Positions 9,314 to 19,024 of a stretch of DNA of 64,000 nucleotides are shown here, in pieces. The DNA lies in NCBI GenBank assembly GCA_963710605.1, contig CAVQBA010000006.1, positions 736,001 to 800,000 of the forward strand, read 5' to 3'. The stretch's first letter is position 1, and each line of letters starts with the position of its first letter. This DNA comes from an uncultured cyanobacterium. Lineage in GTDB: Bacteria > Cyanobacteriota > Cyanobacteriia > Cyanobacteriales > Cyanobacteriaceae. The notes beneath the pieces were generated by a model. The model was not told where the DNA came from. It saw only the letters and a list, made by a program, of their open reading frames with translations, and did not search any database. Made by a program: the position numbers and the translations under genes.

Positions 9314-11863
9314 TTAGAATTTTTCACCAATACCAAAGTGAATACGGCTATCACCTTCATCATTAATCGCATAATCAATCCGAATTGGTCCTACAGGGGA
9401 TTGCACTCTCACACCTAAACCGTAACCAAAACCATCACCATTTAAACCTCTAACTTTAGCAGGTTTACCGATAACCGAATCGGCTGTACCCAAATCAGTA
9501 CCATAATCAAAGAAAATAGCACCGCCTAGAAAAGAGATGATCGGAAAACGATATTCAGCAGTAGCTTGAAAATAAGCACGACCATTACCCAAATCTCCTT
9601 CACCATAACCTCTAACTGAGTTACTACCACCTAAAACAAAAGCTTCATAAGGAGGTAAATCACCGATTACAGTTCCAGCTTGAAAATTCAAAGCTAATGC
9701 TTGAGGTCCTTCAGTAAAATCAAAATTGATTAGTTGTAAAGGAAGATAATAACTATAACTAGCACGCAGACGGTTATATAAAATACCTGTAAGAGGAATT
9801 GTTTGTTCTGAACCTAAAAGTAATAAACTACCACTAGTAGGACGTAAGGAACTATTACGAGTATCTTGAGAAGCATTTAATCTTAAAGAGATGATATCAT
9901 CAACCCCACCATTGTTAAAAGCTAGTTTTTCTGAACCAAATCTATCGGCAGAACGACTAGAAGTATCTCCGTCTGAGTTTTGAATTTCGATGTGTTGATA
10001 TTGCAAACCAGCACTAACATTCCATTCGGCTTTTGTAAATGGATCGTCTGATAAAGGACGAGAGAAAGTTATACCTGCACCTGTACGAACGACTCTAGGG
10101 GTATCATCACCATTCTCGGTACGGATTGTATCTGTGTCGATACCATCATAAACTAAAGATATCGATCGACGACGGAAACCGTTGACAAAATAAGAAGTAC
10201 GGTATGGATCTCCTGCTATCCAAGGATCTCGGAAACTAAGGTCAAATAATAACTCTCTTTCTCCTAACTGAAATTCAGCACCGATCGTTTGATTGTTTCC
10301 ACCAAGGTTTTTTTCTTGATAACTGATTGTACCAAATAAGCCACTACTAGAACTAATCCCTGCACCTGCACCTAATGAACCAGTATTACCTTCAACTACA
10401 TCAACATTCATCACTACCTCAGCAGGATCTTCCCCTGGGCTAAAAGATAGTCTGACATCCTCAAAAATACCTAAACCAAAAATTCTCTGTAAATCTTGCT
10501 GAGCGGTGGTTCGATTAAAAGTATCACCTGGATCGAGTCGCATTTCTCTGGTGACAATAAAATCTCGTGTACGCCCGTCAACTTCTTCATCTTCTTCATT
10601 AAAAAATCGAACTTGAATATCTTCTATTTTCCCTTCAGCAATAACTAAAGTAACAACTCCATCATCACTAATTTGAGGTGCACCTACTACTTGAGCTAAA
10701 TCATAACCGTTGTCGGTGTACCATTTATTAAGTTCGGTGATACCTTCTCTTAAATCCCGTAAATTCAATATCTCGTTATATTGATCAGCAAATGCTTCTT
10801 GAATTACTTCTTGGGGTATTAGATAATTGTTTTCCGTATTTTCAGGGATTGTTTGAATAGTAACTCGATTTAAAATTGGGTTGGGTTCAACCTGATAAGT
10901 AATTCTGACCCCAAATTGTGTATCTTCTGGAGTTACATTAACATTACTAAAAAAACCTGTAGCGTAAATTGCTTGTACGTCTTGTTGTAGTCGAGAACGA
11001 GTGGTGGTGCGACCGGGGTTGGTTCTGATAGCATTATAAACTATATCTTCTAATTCCCCTTCTACTCCTGAAACGAATACTTCGGAGACTAATACTCTAG
11101 GTTCGCTTTCTTGTGTTTCTTCTGTATTTGTATTTTCTTGGGTGGGAGTGGGAGTTGTATTTTCTTGAGTTGTATCTTCTTGAGTTGGTATTGTATTTTC
11201 TTGAGTTGGTATTGTATCTTCTTGAGTTGGTATTGTATCTTCTTGAGTTGGTATTGTAGTTGGGTTTGTATTCTCTTGGATTTGAGTAATAATTAAGTTA
11301 ACTGCTGAGGATGAAGTATTTTCGTTTAACTGTTGATCTGTTTGTGTAACAACTACAGGATCATTTTCAGCTAATTGTGACTCTAACTCAGTCGTATTAG
11401 TCTGATCACTAACTATTTCTACTTCAGCAGTATTAGTCGTCGTAACCTCGATCGTTTCTGTAACAACTACAGGGTCATTTTCAGCTAATTGTGATTCTAA
11501 CTCAGTCGTATTAGTCTGATCACTTACTATTTCTACTTTAGCAGTATTAGTTATCACCTCTACTTCTACTGATTCGATCGAGTTTGATGTTGTTTGTGTA
11601 GATGAAGAGACAGGAATCTCGATACTTTGAGCGGAGGTTTGCTCTTCGGGGTTTACGAATGGTGTCGCAAAGACGATCGTATTATGAGCTAAAGTTAAAG
11701 TTAAACTTCCAAGTATTGTCGCAACCGCTTTTTGTTGCCATTGAGAATTTAAGTTAACTAAACTAGATCTATTTTTTTTATTCAGTTTAGATGGCGACGA
11801 AATATTCATCGGCAAATCATTTTTAGCCTTCTTGCTTTTCTGTTTGTTGTTGTTCACTACCAC
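9314..11863 (-). CDS. bamA: Omp85/BamA outer-membrane assembly factor with a long repetitive N-terminus
   Basis: POTRA segments, LGGSNSVRGY, SPVGPIRIDYA, C-terminal HFGIGEKF. Confidence 0.93.
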   Translation of the reverse strand: MVVNNNKQKSKKAKNDLPMNISSPSKLNKKNRSSLVNLNSQWQQKAVATILGSLTLTLAHNTIVFATPFVNPEEQTSAQSIEIPVSSSTQTTSNSIESVEVEVITNTAKVEIVSDQTNTTELESQLAENDPVVVTETIEVTTTNTAEVEIVSDQTNTTELESQLAENDPVVVTQTDQQLNENTSSSAVNLIITQIQENTNPTTIPTQEDTIPTQEDTIPTQENTIPTQEDTTQENTTPTPTQENTNTEETQESEPRVLVSEVFVSGVEGELEDIVYNAIRTNPGRTTTRSRLQQDVQAIYATGFFSNVNVTPEDTQFGVRITYQVEPNPILNRVTIQTIPENTENNYLIPQEVIQEAFADQYNEILNLRDLREGITELNKWYTDNGYDLAQVVGAPQISDDGVVTLVIAEGKIEDIQVRFFNEEDEEVDGRTRDFIVTREMRLDPGDTFNRTTAQQDLQRIFGLGIFEDVRLSFSPGEDPAEVVMNVDVVEGNTGSLGAGAGISSSSGLFGTISYQEKNLGGNNQTIGAEFQLGERELLFDLSFRDPWIAGDPYRTSYFVNGFRRRSISLVYDGIDTDTIRTENGDDTPRVVRTGAGITFSRPLSDDPFTKAEWNVSAGLQYQHIEIQNSDGDTSSRSADRFGSEKLAFNNGGVDDIISLRLNASQDTRNSSLRPTSGSLLLLGSEQTIPLTGILYNRLRASYSYYLPLQLINFDFTEGPQALALNFQAGTVIGDLPPYEAFVLGGSNSVRGYGEGDLGNGRAYFQATAEYRFPIISFLGGAIFFDYGTDLGTADSVIGKPAKVRGLNGDGFGYGLGVRVQSPVGPIRIDYAINDEGDSRIHFGIGEKF

Positions 11864-11906
11864 ACACCAATTATTAATTTTTAGGTAATATAAAGATTTA
11901 AAGATA

Positions 11907-12683
11907 CTAGCTATTTTTTAGCTTTTGAATTTGAGTTAATACTCTTTGTTGAACTTGTTCATAAGCAGATTCAATTTCACCTAAATCACGACGAAAGCGA
12001 TCTTTGTCTAAGACTCTTTTAGTTGTATCTTGTTCCGTGGCATCCCACAAGCGACAAGTATCAGGGCTAATTTCATCTGCTAAAATAATTTTATTTTGGT
12101 TATTAAAACCAAATTCTAGCTTAAAATCAACTAATATTATTCCGCACAAAGCAAAAAACTCTTCTAAATGCTGATTTATTACTAAAGCGTAATCTTTTAA
12201 TTGTTTTATTTGATCATTAGATACTATATTTAATAAATCAAGACGATCGTAAGTTAATAACGGATCATTTAATTCATCATTTTTGAGATAAAATTCAACT
12301 AAAGGAGAAGACAGTTTTGTCCCTTCGATAATACCTGTTTGTCGGCACAAACTACCTGCGGCGATATTTCTAATTACAACTTCGAGGGGAATAATATCAA
12401 CTGCTTGAACAAGCATTTCTCTTGGTGATGTTTGTTCAATAAAATGAGTTGGAATATTTTTGGTGTCTAGTAATTGTAATAAAGCAGAAGAGATAGTACA
12501 ATTGATTTCTCCCTTACCAACGATCGTACCTTTTTTTTGAGCATTAAAAGCGGTAGCATCGTCTTTAAAATAGGTAAGATAGACTTGCTCGGTATCTGTA
12601 GCATAGACAATTTTTGCCTTGCCTTCATATAATTTAGCAGAAGTTGTCATATTCCCCAATTGTTTCTGATAACAAAGATTCAC
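11907..12683 (-). CDS. purC: SAICAR synthetase (likely start 12650)
   Basis: LYEGKAK, DDATAFNAQKK, DFKLEFG, ADEISPDTCRLWD, DKDRFR. Confidence 0.97.
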   Translation of the reverse strand: MNLCYQKQLGNMTTSAKLYEGKAKIVYATDTEQVYLTYFKDDATAFNAQKKGTIVGKGEINCTISSALLQLLDTKNIPTHFIEQTSPREMLVQAVDIIPLEVVIRNIAAGSLCRQTGIIEGTKLSSPLVEFYLKNDELNDPLLTYDRLDLLNIVSNDQIKQLKDYALVINQHLEEFFALCGIILVDFKLEFGFNNQNKIILADEISPDTCRLWDATEQDTTKRVLDKDRFRRDLGEIESAYEQVQQRVLTQIQKLKNS

Positions 12684-12725
12684 ATATCACAATATCACAA
12701 TTTAGAATTCGGAATTCGGAAACAA

Positions 12726-12762
12726 TTAACTCTTAACTCTTAACTCTTAACTCTTAACTCTT
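12726..12762. repeat. Heptamer tandem repeat (TTAACTC)x5
   Basis: Directly visible; related arrays at about 17964-18000, 50880-50913 and 58218-58250. Confidence 0.85.
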
Positions 12763-12765
12763 ATC

Positions 12766-13706
12766 ATGCGTCCATTAAAAGAATTAACAGGGCAACGATT
12801 AGCCGTCGAACTATTAGAAAGAAGCAAAAATAATCAAAAAATTGCTCCTGCTTATTTATTTGTGGGCCAGAAGGTGTCGGTAAAGCCCTTGGTGCTAGAA
12901 TGTTTGCACGAATGTTATTAATTAATGCCAATGAAGATTATCAGACTGCATCTGTCAAACTCGATCGAGGTAATCATCCTGACTTTTTATGGGTTGAACC
13001 AACTTATAGCGAAAAAGGGGAGTTATTAACCGTTACTCAAGCTCAAGACAAAGGAGTAAAACGTAAAACCGCCCCCCGTATCAGAATTGAGCAAATCCGA
13101 GAAATTAGCCAGTTTTTAAGTCGTCCTCCTTTAAAATCAGAACGGTGCTTGGTGGTAATAGAATCGGCTCAACTAATGGCAGAATCGGCAGGAAATGCTT
13201 TATTAAAAACCTTAGAAAATCCCGGAAAAGCCACGATAATTTTAATCGCCGAAAGTAGTGATTCTATCTTGTCAACTTTAGTTTCTCGTTGTCAAAAAAT
13301 ACCCTTTTATCGTTTGAGCGAACAAAACCTCGAAATGGTTTTATCTCGTGCTAATTTTGCTGAAGTGATGGATTATCCTCAATTAATTAAACTAGCTCAG
13401 GGTTGCCCCGGTAAAGCGATTCGTTATTGGCAAAACTTAAAACAAGTACCGAGTGAATTATTGAATCAATTAAAAACATATCCTGATGATGTGATGACTG
13501 GATTTGATTTAGCCAAGCAAATTAGTAGTAGTTTAGAATTAGAATTGCAAATTTGGCTAGCTGATTACTTACAGTGGTTGTATTGGGAAAAAAAATATTC
13601 TGTTGATTTAATCGAAAGATTAGAAAATAGTAAGAAACTTCTACAACGTTATGTACAACCGAGGCTGGTTTGGGATTGCTTTTTTTTGGCTCAGAATAAA
13701 TATTAA
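12766..13706 (+). CDS. holB: DNA polymerase III delta' subunit, with a 1-nt deletion at about 12864-12868
   Basis: ATG at 12766 gives MRPLKELTGQRLAV...APAYLFVG; adding one base restores GPEGVGK in frame with HPDFLWVEP, NALLKTLE and SRCQ. Confidence 0.9.
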
Positions 13707-13730
13707 GTAGGGGTGCAAGGTTTGCACCCT
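13707..13730 (+). repeat. GTAG-type REP hairpin GTAGGGGTGCAAGGTTTGCACCCT
   Basis: Copies at 16403-16425 (-), 37659-37682 (-) and 39076-39200 (+, interrupted); variants at 26828, 32956 and 59949-59975. Confidence 0.8.
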
Positions 13731-13988
13731 TTTGAATCGAGGCTCGGTATCAATCATCCTAAATGCCTGACCCCTCTGCCTTCTGCAGTTCTCCTTCAAA
13801 GGGGAGACTAAAAGACTTATTGATAATAACTGTGATAGCAGTAAAAGAATTGCTTAGGACATTTATCACAGTAAACGAGTTGTTTTGAACAGTTCAATAG
13901 TGTTCCCCTCCTTTGAAGGAGGAGGGGCTGTCATCTGAATTGACTTCAGATGCTTGTAAGCCCCGTGGGTTAGGGGTGGTTGATATGT

Positions 13989-16298
13989 TCACGCCTTACT
14001 TTCACTGAAATAACTGGTGGGTAAATACAAACTATCCTCTATCTCCTGCCTCACTTCACGACTGACATAACATTCACTAGCCAAACAGTCTTCTAATAAC
14101 TTATTTGCTTTTAAATACTTCAAGATTAACTCTTTTTGTTGTTCATTGAAATTCCATTGATGACCGATATTACGATACTTAATGATTAAACTTCGCCATT
14201 TTTCTTGCCAAGCTGAAAAATTAGAACATTCTCGCCATTGCTTAAATTTTGTTCTATTTTCATTTCGATTAGGTATTTGTGCTAGTAAGTTTTCTACTTC
14301 TGCGATAAATTCTGGATTGAGATTAAGTTTCTTAAATTGGTCGGGCTCAAAGTTTCTTAAAATGTTGAAATTTGGGTCAAGGTTGAGGTAGAAGTAGAAG
14401 ATTACATCGAGATACAAGTTTGGATTATTTGTGTATAAGTTTCGGTAGAAGAAGTTTTGGTTGAGGTACAGAAAAAAGTAGTAGAAGAAATCGAGGTCGA
14501 GATTGAGGTATAAATATCGTATCTGAAATAATTTTAATGTAGTATCAATGGAATTGGTTTTAACTTCTACCCACTGAAGCCACTTCTGGATTAGCTCGTC
14601 TTTGGCTACCAACTCATCGATTGTTTGTTTCATCGCTTTTAACAAGCTATCGGCATTAGTTTGCATTTCTACAGCTAACAAAAATACTTCTCGCCAACGC
14701 TCTTCGGTAATATGTTTAGTAAAATTAATTAATGCTTGTCTATCTAAAGACACAATTTGAGAGAGAATCTGTTTGGCTGTAAAATATTCATGAAAAGTTA
14801 AATGAGAAAAAGAAAATATACTCTTTGCTCTTTCTACTAACAAACCATGTTGGCTTTGAATCGATTTTAATACTACTTCGCTATCCACTAATAAGGCATC
14901 AGGATCAGTTTTAGCATCGGGTAGGTTACGAATATAATCAGCGATATATTGTTCTGCATCCCTTTGTTTAAAAAAATAATCCCCTCGCTCAAAAGTTATC
15001 TGAGCGATATGAGCGAGTAAATCTTCTTTACGTTTAACCGATAGCCTTTTGTAAACTATGTCTCGTTCGATGTTACGTTTACCATCCCATTTTTTTAACA
15101 AGACATCGATTCCTTCTTTGTAAAGTTCGGCTCGACTAGCAGGGAAATCAGCATTTTCACCAAAAACCGAACAAAGTAAAGTTAGTAATAAGGGATTACT
15201 AGCTAATTCTTTAATCGGTTCATTATTATCTAATTTTTCGAGCAGTTTTTCTGCTTTGACAGGATTTTTGAGAATAGCAAACCATTTGCTGACAAAATTT
15301 TTGATTTGCTTATCATTAAAATCAGCTACTTCTACTTCTTTAAAATCATTAAAAGTATATTCTCGGGCGGCGATACGACAAGTGATAATTATATAATTAG
15401 TGCGATATTGATAAGCACACTGTTTAATCTGTTCGACTACCTTATAGCAATATTCTTCTCTGACTTCATCCAAACCATCCAGTAAGATTAAAGCTTTACC
15501 AGAGTTGAGTAATTCTTCAGTTTCCGTCTGTGTCACCGATCGAATTGCTAACTGTTGTTGAATAAAGTTTTCTAAATTAATTTGTTCGGCTTCATCGGCA
15601 AAGGTTTTCAGCGTTACAAAAATAGGCACATAATTTTTCAATAATTTTTCATTAATACATTGAATCGCCAAATATTTTAAAAAAGTAGTCTTTCCTGCTC
15701 CGGGTTTACCCCAAATCATTAATTTACGGTGTTTATCGACGGCGGTTAATCCTGATATTCGATCGCCTGTTTTTCTACCCAAGCCAAAACGATCGAAGTT
15801 TTCCCAGTTACAAGCCTCTTTTAATTGAGCGATACTATATCTCGATCGATTAGTAATGTCTTCTAGAATATTGACATCGGTATAAATATCATCCAAACCG
15901 ATCGATCGTGTCATATCCAAGACCTGCATCTTACCACAGCGATCTTCAATATCTGCTTTTGTTTTTTTGCGGATTGTTTGAACTAATTGACCAAGATCGA
16001 TTTCATCATTAATCGTCCGATCAAGAATTTTATTTTGGTTGTATTTTTGATATTCTTCAACTAGAAAGTTATAAAGTTCATGAGCTTTTCCAGGATGATT
16101 TCCACTAAGACCAAACTTTTGATAAATTCCTGTTTTACGGGTGCGTAAAGTACTTTCTTCTATGCCAAGAGATTCAGCAATTTTCCACGTTTCTTTCTTT
16201 TCACTGGTATAGATAGTAATAAAAGTTTTTTCTTGTGTTAAAGACAACTTCTTGATCTTAGCTATTTGATTTAAAAACGGCTCAGGGAAAGATTGCAT
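13989..16298 (-). CDS. NACHT (STAND) NTPase with an N-terminal HTH and a C-terminal helical domain (NCH2-like)
   Basis: IAESLGIEESTLRTRKTGIYQKF HTH, GKPGAGKT, LLDGLDE, NPLLL, FSHLTFHEYF, NIGHQWNF...YLKANKLL. Confidence 0.9.
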   Translation of the reverse strand: MQSFPEPFLNQIAKIKKLSLTQEKTFITIYTSEKKETWKIAESLGIEESTLRTRKTGIYQKFGLSGNHPGKAHELYNFLVEEYQKYNQNKILDRTINDEIDLGQLVQTIRKKTKADIEDRCGKMQVLDMTRSIGLDDIYTDVNILEDITNRSRYSIAQLKEACNWENFDRFGLGRKTGDRISGLTAVDKHRKLMIWGKPGAGKTTFLKYLAIQCINEKLLKNYVPIFVTLKTFADEAEQINLENFIQQQLAIRSVTQTETEELLNSGKALILLDGLDEVREEYCYKVVEQIKQCAYQYRTNYIIITCRIAAREYTFNDFKEVEVADFNDKQIKNFVSKWFAILKNPVKAEKLLEKLDNNEPIKELASNPLLLTLLCSVFGENADFPASRAELYKEGIDVLLKKWDGKRNIERDIVYKRLSVKRKEDLLAHIAQITFERGDYFFKQRDAEQYIADYIRNLPDAKTDPDALLVDSEVVLKSIQSQHGLLVERAKSIFSFSHLTFHEYFTAKQILSQIVSLDRQALINFTKHITEERWREVFLLAVEMQTNADSLLKAMKQTIDELVAKDELIQKWLQWVEVKTNSIDTTLKLFQIRYLYLNLDLDFFYYFFLYLNQNFFYRNLYTNNPNLYLDVIFYFYLNLDPNFNILRNFEPDQFKKLNLNPEFIAEVENLLAQIPNRNENRTKFKQWRECSNFSAWQEKWRSLIIKYRNIGHQWNFNEQQKELILKYLKANKLLEDCLASECYVSREVRQEIEDSLYLPTSYFSESKA

Positions 16299-16402
16299 CA
16301 GAGGAAAAAAGATAGATATTTTGCATAAGTATAGTTTTATTATCGCTAATTAAGATGTTTATTTCATTGCAATTAACGCTATAGCGTTAAAAAAAAATAA
16401 GA

Positions 16403-16425
16403 AGGTGCAAACCTTGCACCCCTAC
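16403..16425 (-). repeat. GTAG-type REP hairpin, inverted relative to 13707
   Basis: AGGTGCAAACCTTGCACCCCTAC. Confidence 0.8.
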
Positions 16426-16528
16426 ACAAATCGAAATTGTCATCATTAAAAACATAAAGCACGATCGTTTTATCTACCTAAATCCTGTTAATCCAATAAT
16501 CCTGTCAAATCCTGATGAAGAGAAGAGG

Positions 16529-16583
16529 ATGTCAGGCTATGTCTGTTATGTCCGTTATGTTTGAGAGCTATGTCCGATAAGTC
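16529..16583 (+). promoter_or_regulatory. Phased direct-repeat array (ATGTC core), candidate operator
   Basis: Cores at 16529, 16539, 16548, 16557 (ATGTT), 16570 and 16579 (AAGTC); -10-like TATAAC at 16600. Confidence 0.55.
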
Positions 16584-16634
16584 TTTGAGAAGATAAAGAT
16601 ATAACTCAATAGTCAATGGAGACGATCGAGAATC

Positions 16635-16799
16635 ATGAAAAATAATTTACCCCAATTCAAAGGTATTCAAATAATTACGATGCTAACCATTTTGTGTACT
16701 ACAATAATAATCTTAAATAAAACAACAGTAACTAACAAAGGTGAACTACATTTATGTATTTGGCAAGAGCATACTTGTTTAAAGATTAAGGGCAAATAG
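16635..16799 (+). CDS. 54-aa small protein with one hydrophobic segment and a Cys pair
   Basis: MKNNLPQFKGIQIITMLTILCTTIIILNKTTVTNKGELHLCIWQEHTCLKIKGK; below the ORF-track size cutoff. Confidence 0.5.
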   Translation: MKNNLPQFKGIQIITMLTILCTTIIILNKTTVTNKGELHLCIWQEHTCLKIKGK

Positions 16800-16855
16800 A
16801 CTTATATCAAGGTATTGACGATCGTATTTTCTTTCCCTTAAAATTAAGATAAAAA

Positions 16856-17749
16856 ATGAATTCAGATCGCAAACAGAATTGGTTTGAAATAGCTTTGAGC
16901 TTAGAAGGTTCGGTTGTTAAAACTATTTTACCGACAATTTTAATTTTTACTTTCTTTACAACTTTTGTTTGTCTAGTTCGATTTTTTGTTCCTAGATCAG
17001 ATTTTATTGTCCATATTGGCGATTTAGTCGGTAATGTTGTTTATAGTCTAGTTTTAGGTTTACTCTTAGTTTTTCGGACTAATACTTCTTACGATCGTTT
17101 TTGGGATGGGAGAAAGTCTTTAGGTATTATCGTTGTCAATATTCGTAATTTAGCTCGTTACATCAAATTAACCATTCCCGAAAAACTCACCGAAGAAAAA
17201 GAAGCGAAATTAGCCGTTTTTAATCTTTTAATTGCCTTTGCGATCGCTACCAAACTTCAACTAAGAGGAGAAAAACCGAATGCCGAACTTAAAAAACGAC
17301 TCAACGCAAAACAAGCACAAGAAATAGATTCAGCCAAACGGATGTCATTACAAATAACCTTATGGATTGGTGAATATCTGCAATCTCAACTCGATCGAGG
17401 TGTAATTGATACGGTACAAAAAATGGAAATGAATAATTCACTTAATAACATGATTGAAGGGTTAACCAGTTGTGAAAGAATTGTTTCTACACCATTACCG
17501 ATTGCTTATCGTATTTATCTTAAACGTTTAATTTTAATTTATTGTTTTGCTCTACCATTTAATATTATCGAGAAAATGCAGTGGTGGACAATACCTGTAG
17601 TCGCAATTATTAGTTTTATCTTACTTGGTTTAGAACAAGTCGGCAAAGAGCTAGAAAATCCTTTTTTATACGGCAAAAATGATATACCGATCGATAAACT
17701 TTGTGCTAATGTTGCCACAGATGTAGAAACGATCGCACAATCTAATTAA
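16856..17749 (+). CDS. Bestrophin-family (YneE-like) channel
   Basis: LLVFRTNTSYDRFWDGRK, CERIVSTPLP, ELENPF. Confidence 0.93.
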   Translation: MNSDRKQNWFEIALSLEGSVVKTILPTILIFTFFTTFVCLVRFFVPRSDFIVHIGDLVGNVVYSLVLGLLLVFRTNTSYDRFWDGRKSLGIIVVNIRNLARYIKLTIPEKLTEEKEAKLAVFNLLIAFAIATKLQLRGEKPNAELKKRLNAKQAQEIDSAKRMSLQITLWIGEYLQSQLDRGVIDTVQKMEMNNSLNNMIEGLTSCERIVSTPLPIAYRIYLKRLILIYCFALPFNIIEKMQWWTIPVVAIISFILLGLEQVGKELENPFLYGKNDIPIDKLCANVATDVETIAQSN

Positions 17750-17926
17750 TAATTTGAGAATAGAGATATTTTGTCTTTGACTAACCCAACAACAGATTTA
17801 ACAGATAACAATAATGTACTTAAGTTGACATAATTTACAGCAGTAATAATGTGATTTTTCAACCCGCCTTGGGTATAAATTGACAAAGCTAGTATAAAGA
17901 ATGGAGAATGGAGAGAGTGCGAGAAT

Positions 17927-17951
17927 ACTTCGACTGACGCTCAGTACAAGT
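17927..17951 (+). mobile_element. 25-nt hairpin insert within a GGAGAAT tandem repeat (small dispersed repeat-like)
   Basis: ACTT-CG-ACTGA-CGC-TCAGT-AC-AAGT between GAGAAT and GGAGAAT. Confidence 0.65.
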
Positions 17952-18001
17952 GGAGAATGACTTTTAACTTTTAACTCTTAACTCTTAACTTTTAACTTTT
18001 A

Positions 18002-18871
18002 TCACCATTTCATAACTTGCTTAATCATATTTTGAGATTGATATTCATATCCACCGCCAAAAATATTAAAGTGATTAAGAATATGATAAAGATTATAAAG
18101 AGTTTTTCTTTGCTGATAATCATCATCTAAAGCATATTGTTGATTATAGCCTTGATAAAAAGAGGCAGGAAAACCACCAAATAATTCCGTCATTGCTAAA
18201 TCTACTTCACGATCGCCATAATAGCAAGCCGGATCGAATATAATCGGGTTTCCATCGGCGGTAAAAGAAGCATTTCCTGACCACAAATCTCCATGTACAA
18301 GTGCAGGTTTAGGGTTATGTGTAGCTAAATAATCCCTAACTTTTTCTATTACTGTCTGACTATCATTGAAATTACCACCGTTACGTTTAGCTAATTTTAA
18401 CTGATAACCAATTCTTTTTTCGGCGAAAAAATCTGCCCAATTATCATACCAATCATTAGGTTGTGGTGTCGAACCGATCGTATTACTCGTTTGCCAACCG
18501 AAGCGATCGCATATACCTTTTTGATGTAATAAAGCCAATTGCTTACCCATTTGTGTCCACGATCGACTATTATTACTTCTACCTAGTTCAATATATTCTA
18601 AAACTAAATAACTCTTATCCTCAGCTATACCATAACAAATAGGTTGAGGAATAGTAATAGTCTTGGTATTATACATTTGTTCTAAACCCAAAGCCTCAGC
18701 GGTGAACATATCCGCTTTTACCGCACTATTTAACTTAACAAAATATTCTGTTTGATTCCCAATTAACTGATATGCTTGATTGATACAACCTCCACCAATA
18801 CTACGAGTATTGACTAATTGAAAATCAGTTTGCGTCTTTTCCTTAATTGCTTCAATAATTGGTTGCCACAT
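18002..18871 (-). CDS. Fructosamine kinase family protein
   Basis: GGGCIN, FVKLN, HGDLWSGN, DPACYYGDREVDLAMTELFGGF. Confidence 0.95.
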   Translation of the reverse strand: MWQPIIEAIKEKTQTDFQLVNTRSIGGGCINQAYQLIGNQTEYFVKLNSAVKADMFTAEALGLEQMYNTKTITIPQPICYGIAEDKSYLVLEYIELGRSNNSRSWTQMGKQLALLHQKGICDRFGWQTSNTIGSTPQPNDWYDNWADFFAEKRIGYQLKLAKRNGGNFNDSQTVIEKVRDYLATHNPKPALVHGDLWSGNASFTADGNPIIFDPACYYGDREVDLAMTELFGGFPASFYQGYNQQYALDDDYQQRKTLYNLYHILNHFNIFGGGYEYQSQNMIKQVMKW

Positions 18872-19024
18872 AATAAGAGTTATCGAGAATAGATAATAGT
18901 AATTCTAATGTTGCTAGTATCGAGCAAGGGTCAAAAGTATATTTATAGTAATCTAAACACACCTAATAATATAGTTAAGTATATTCAATTATTAATTATC
19001 AATTATTAATTATCAATTATCAAC

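Noticed and set aside
11111-11296. Cys/Trp-rich repeat peptide (CIFLSWY)n resembling a RiPP precursor
   Set aside because: Antisense shadow of the bamA TIPTQED repeats
14365-14520. Diversity-generating retroelement
   Set aside because: No reverse transcriptase or template repeat in the window; kept only as a low-complexity observation
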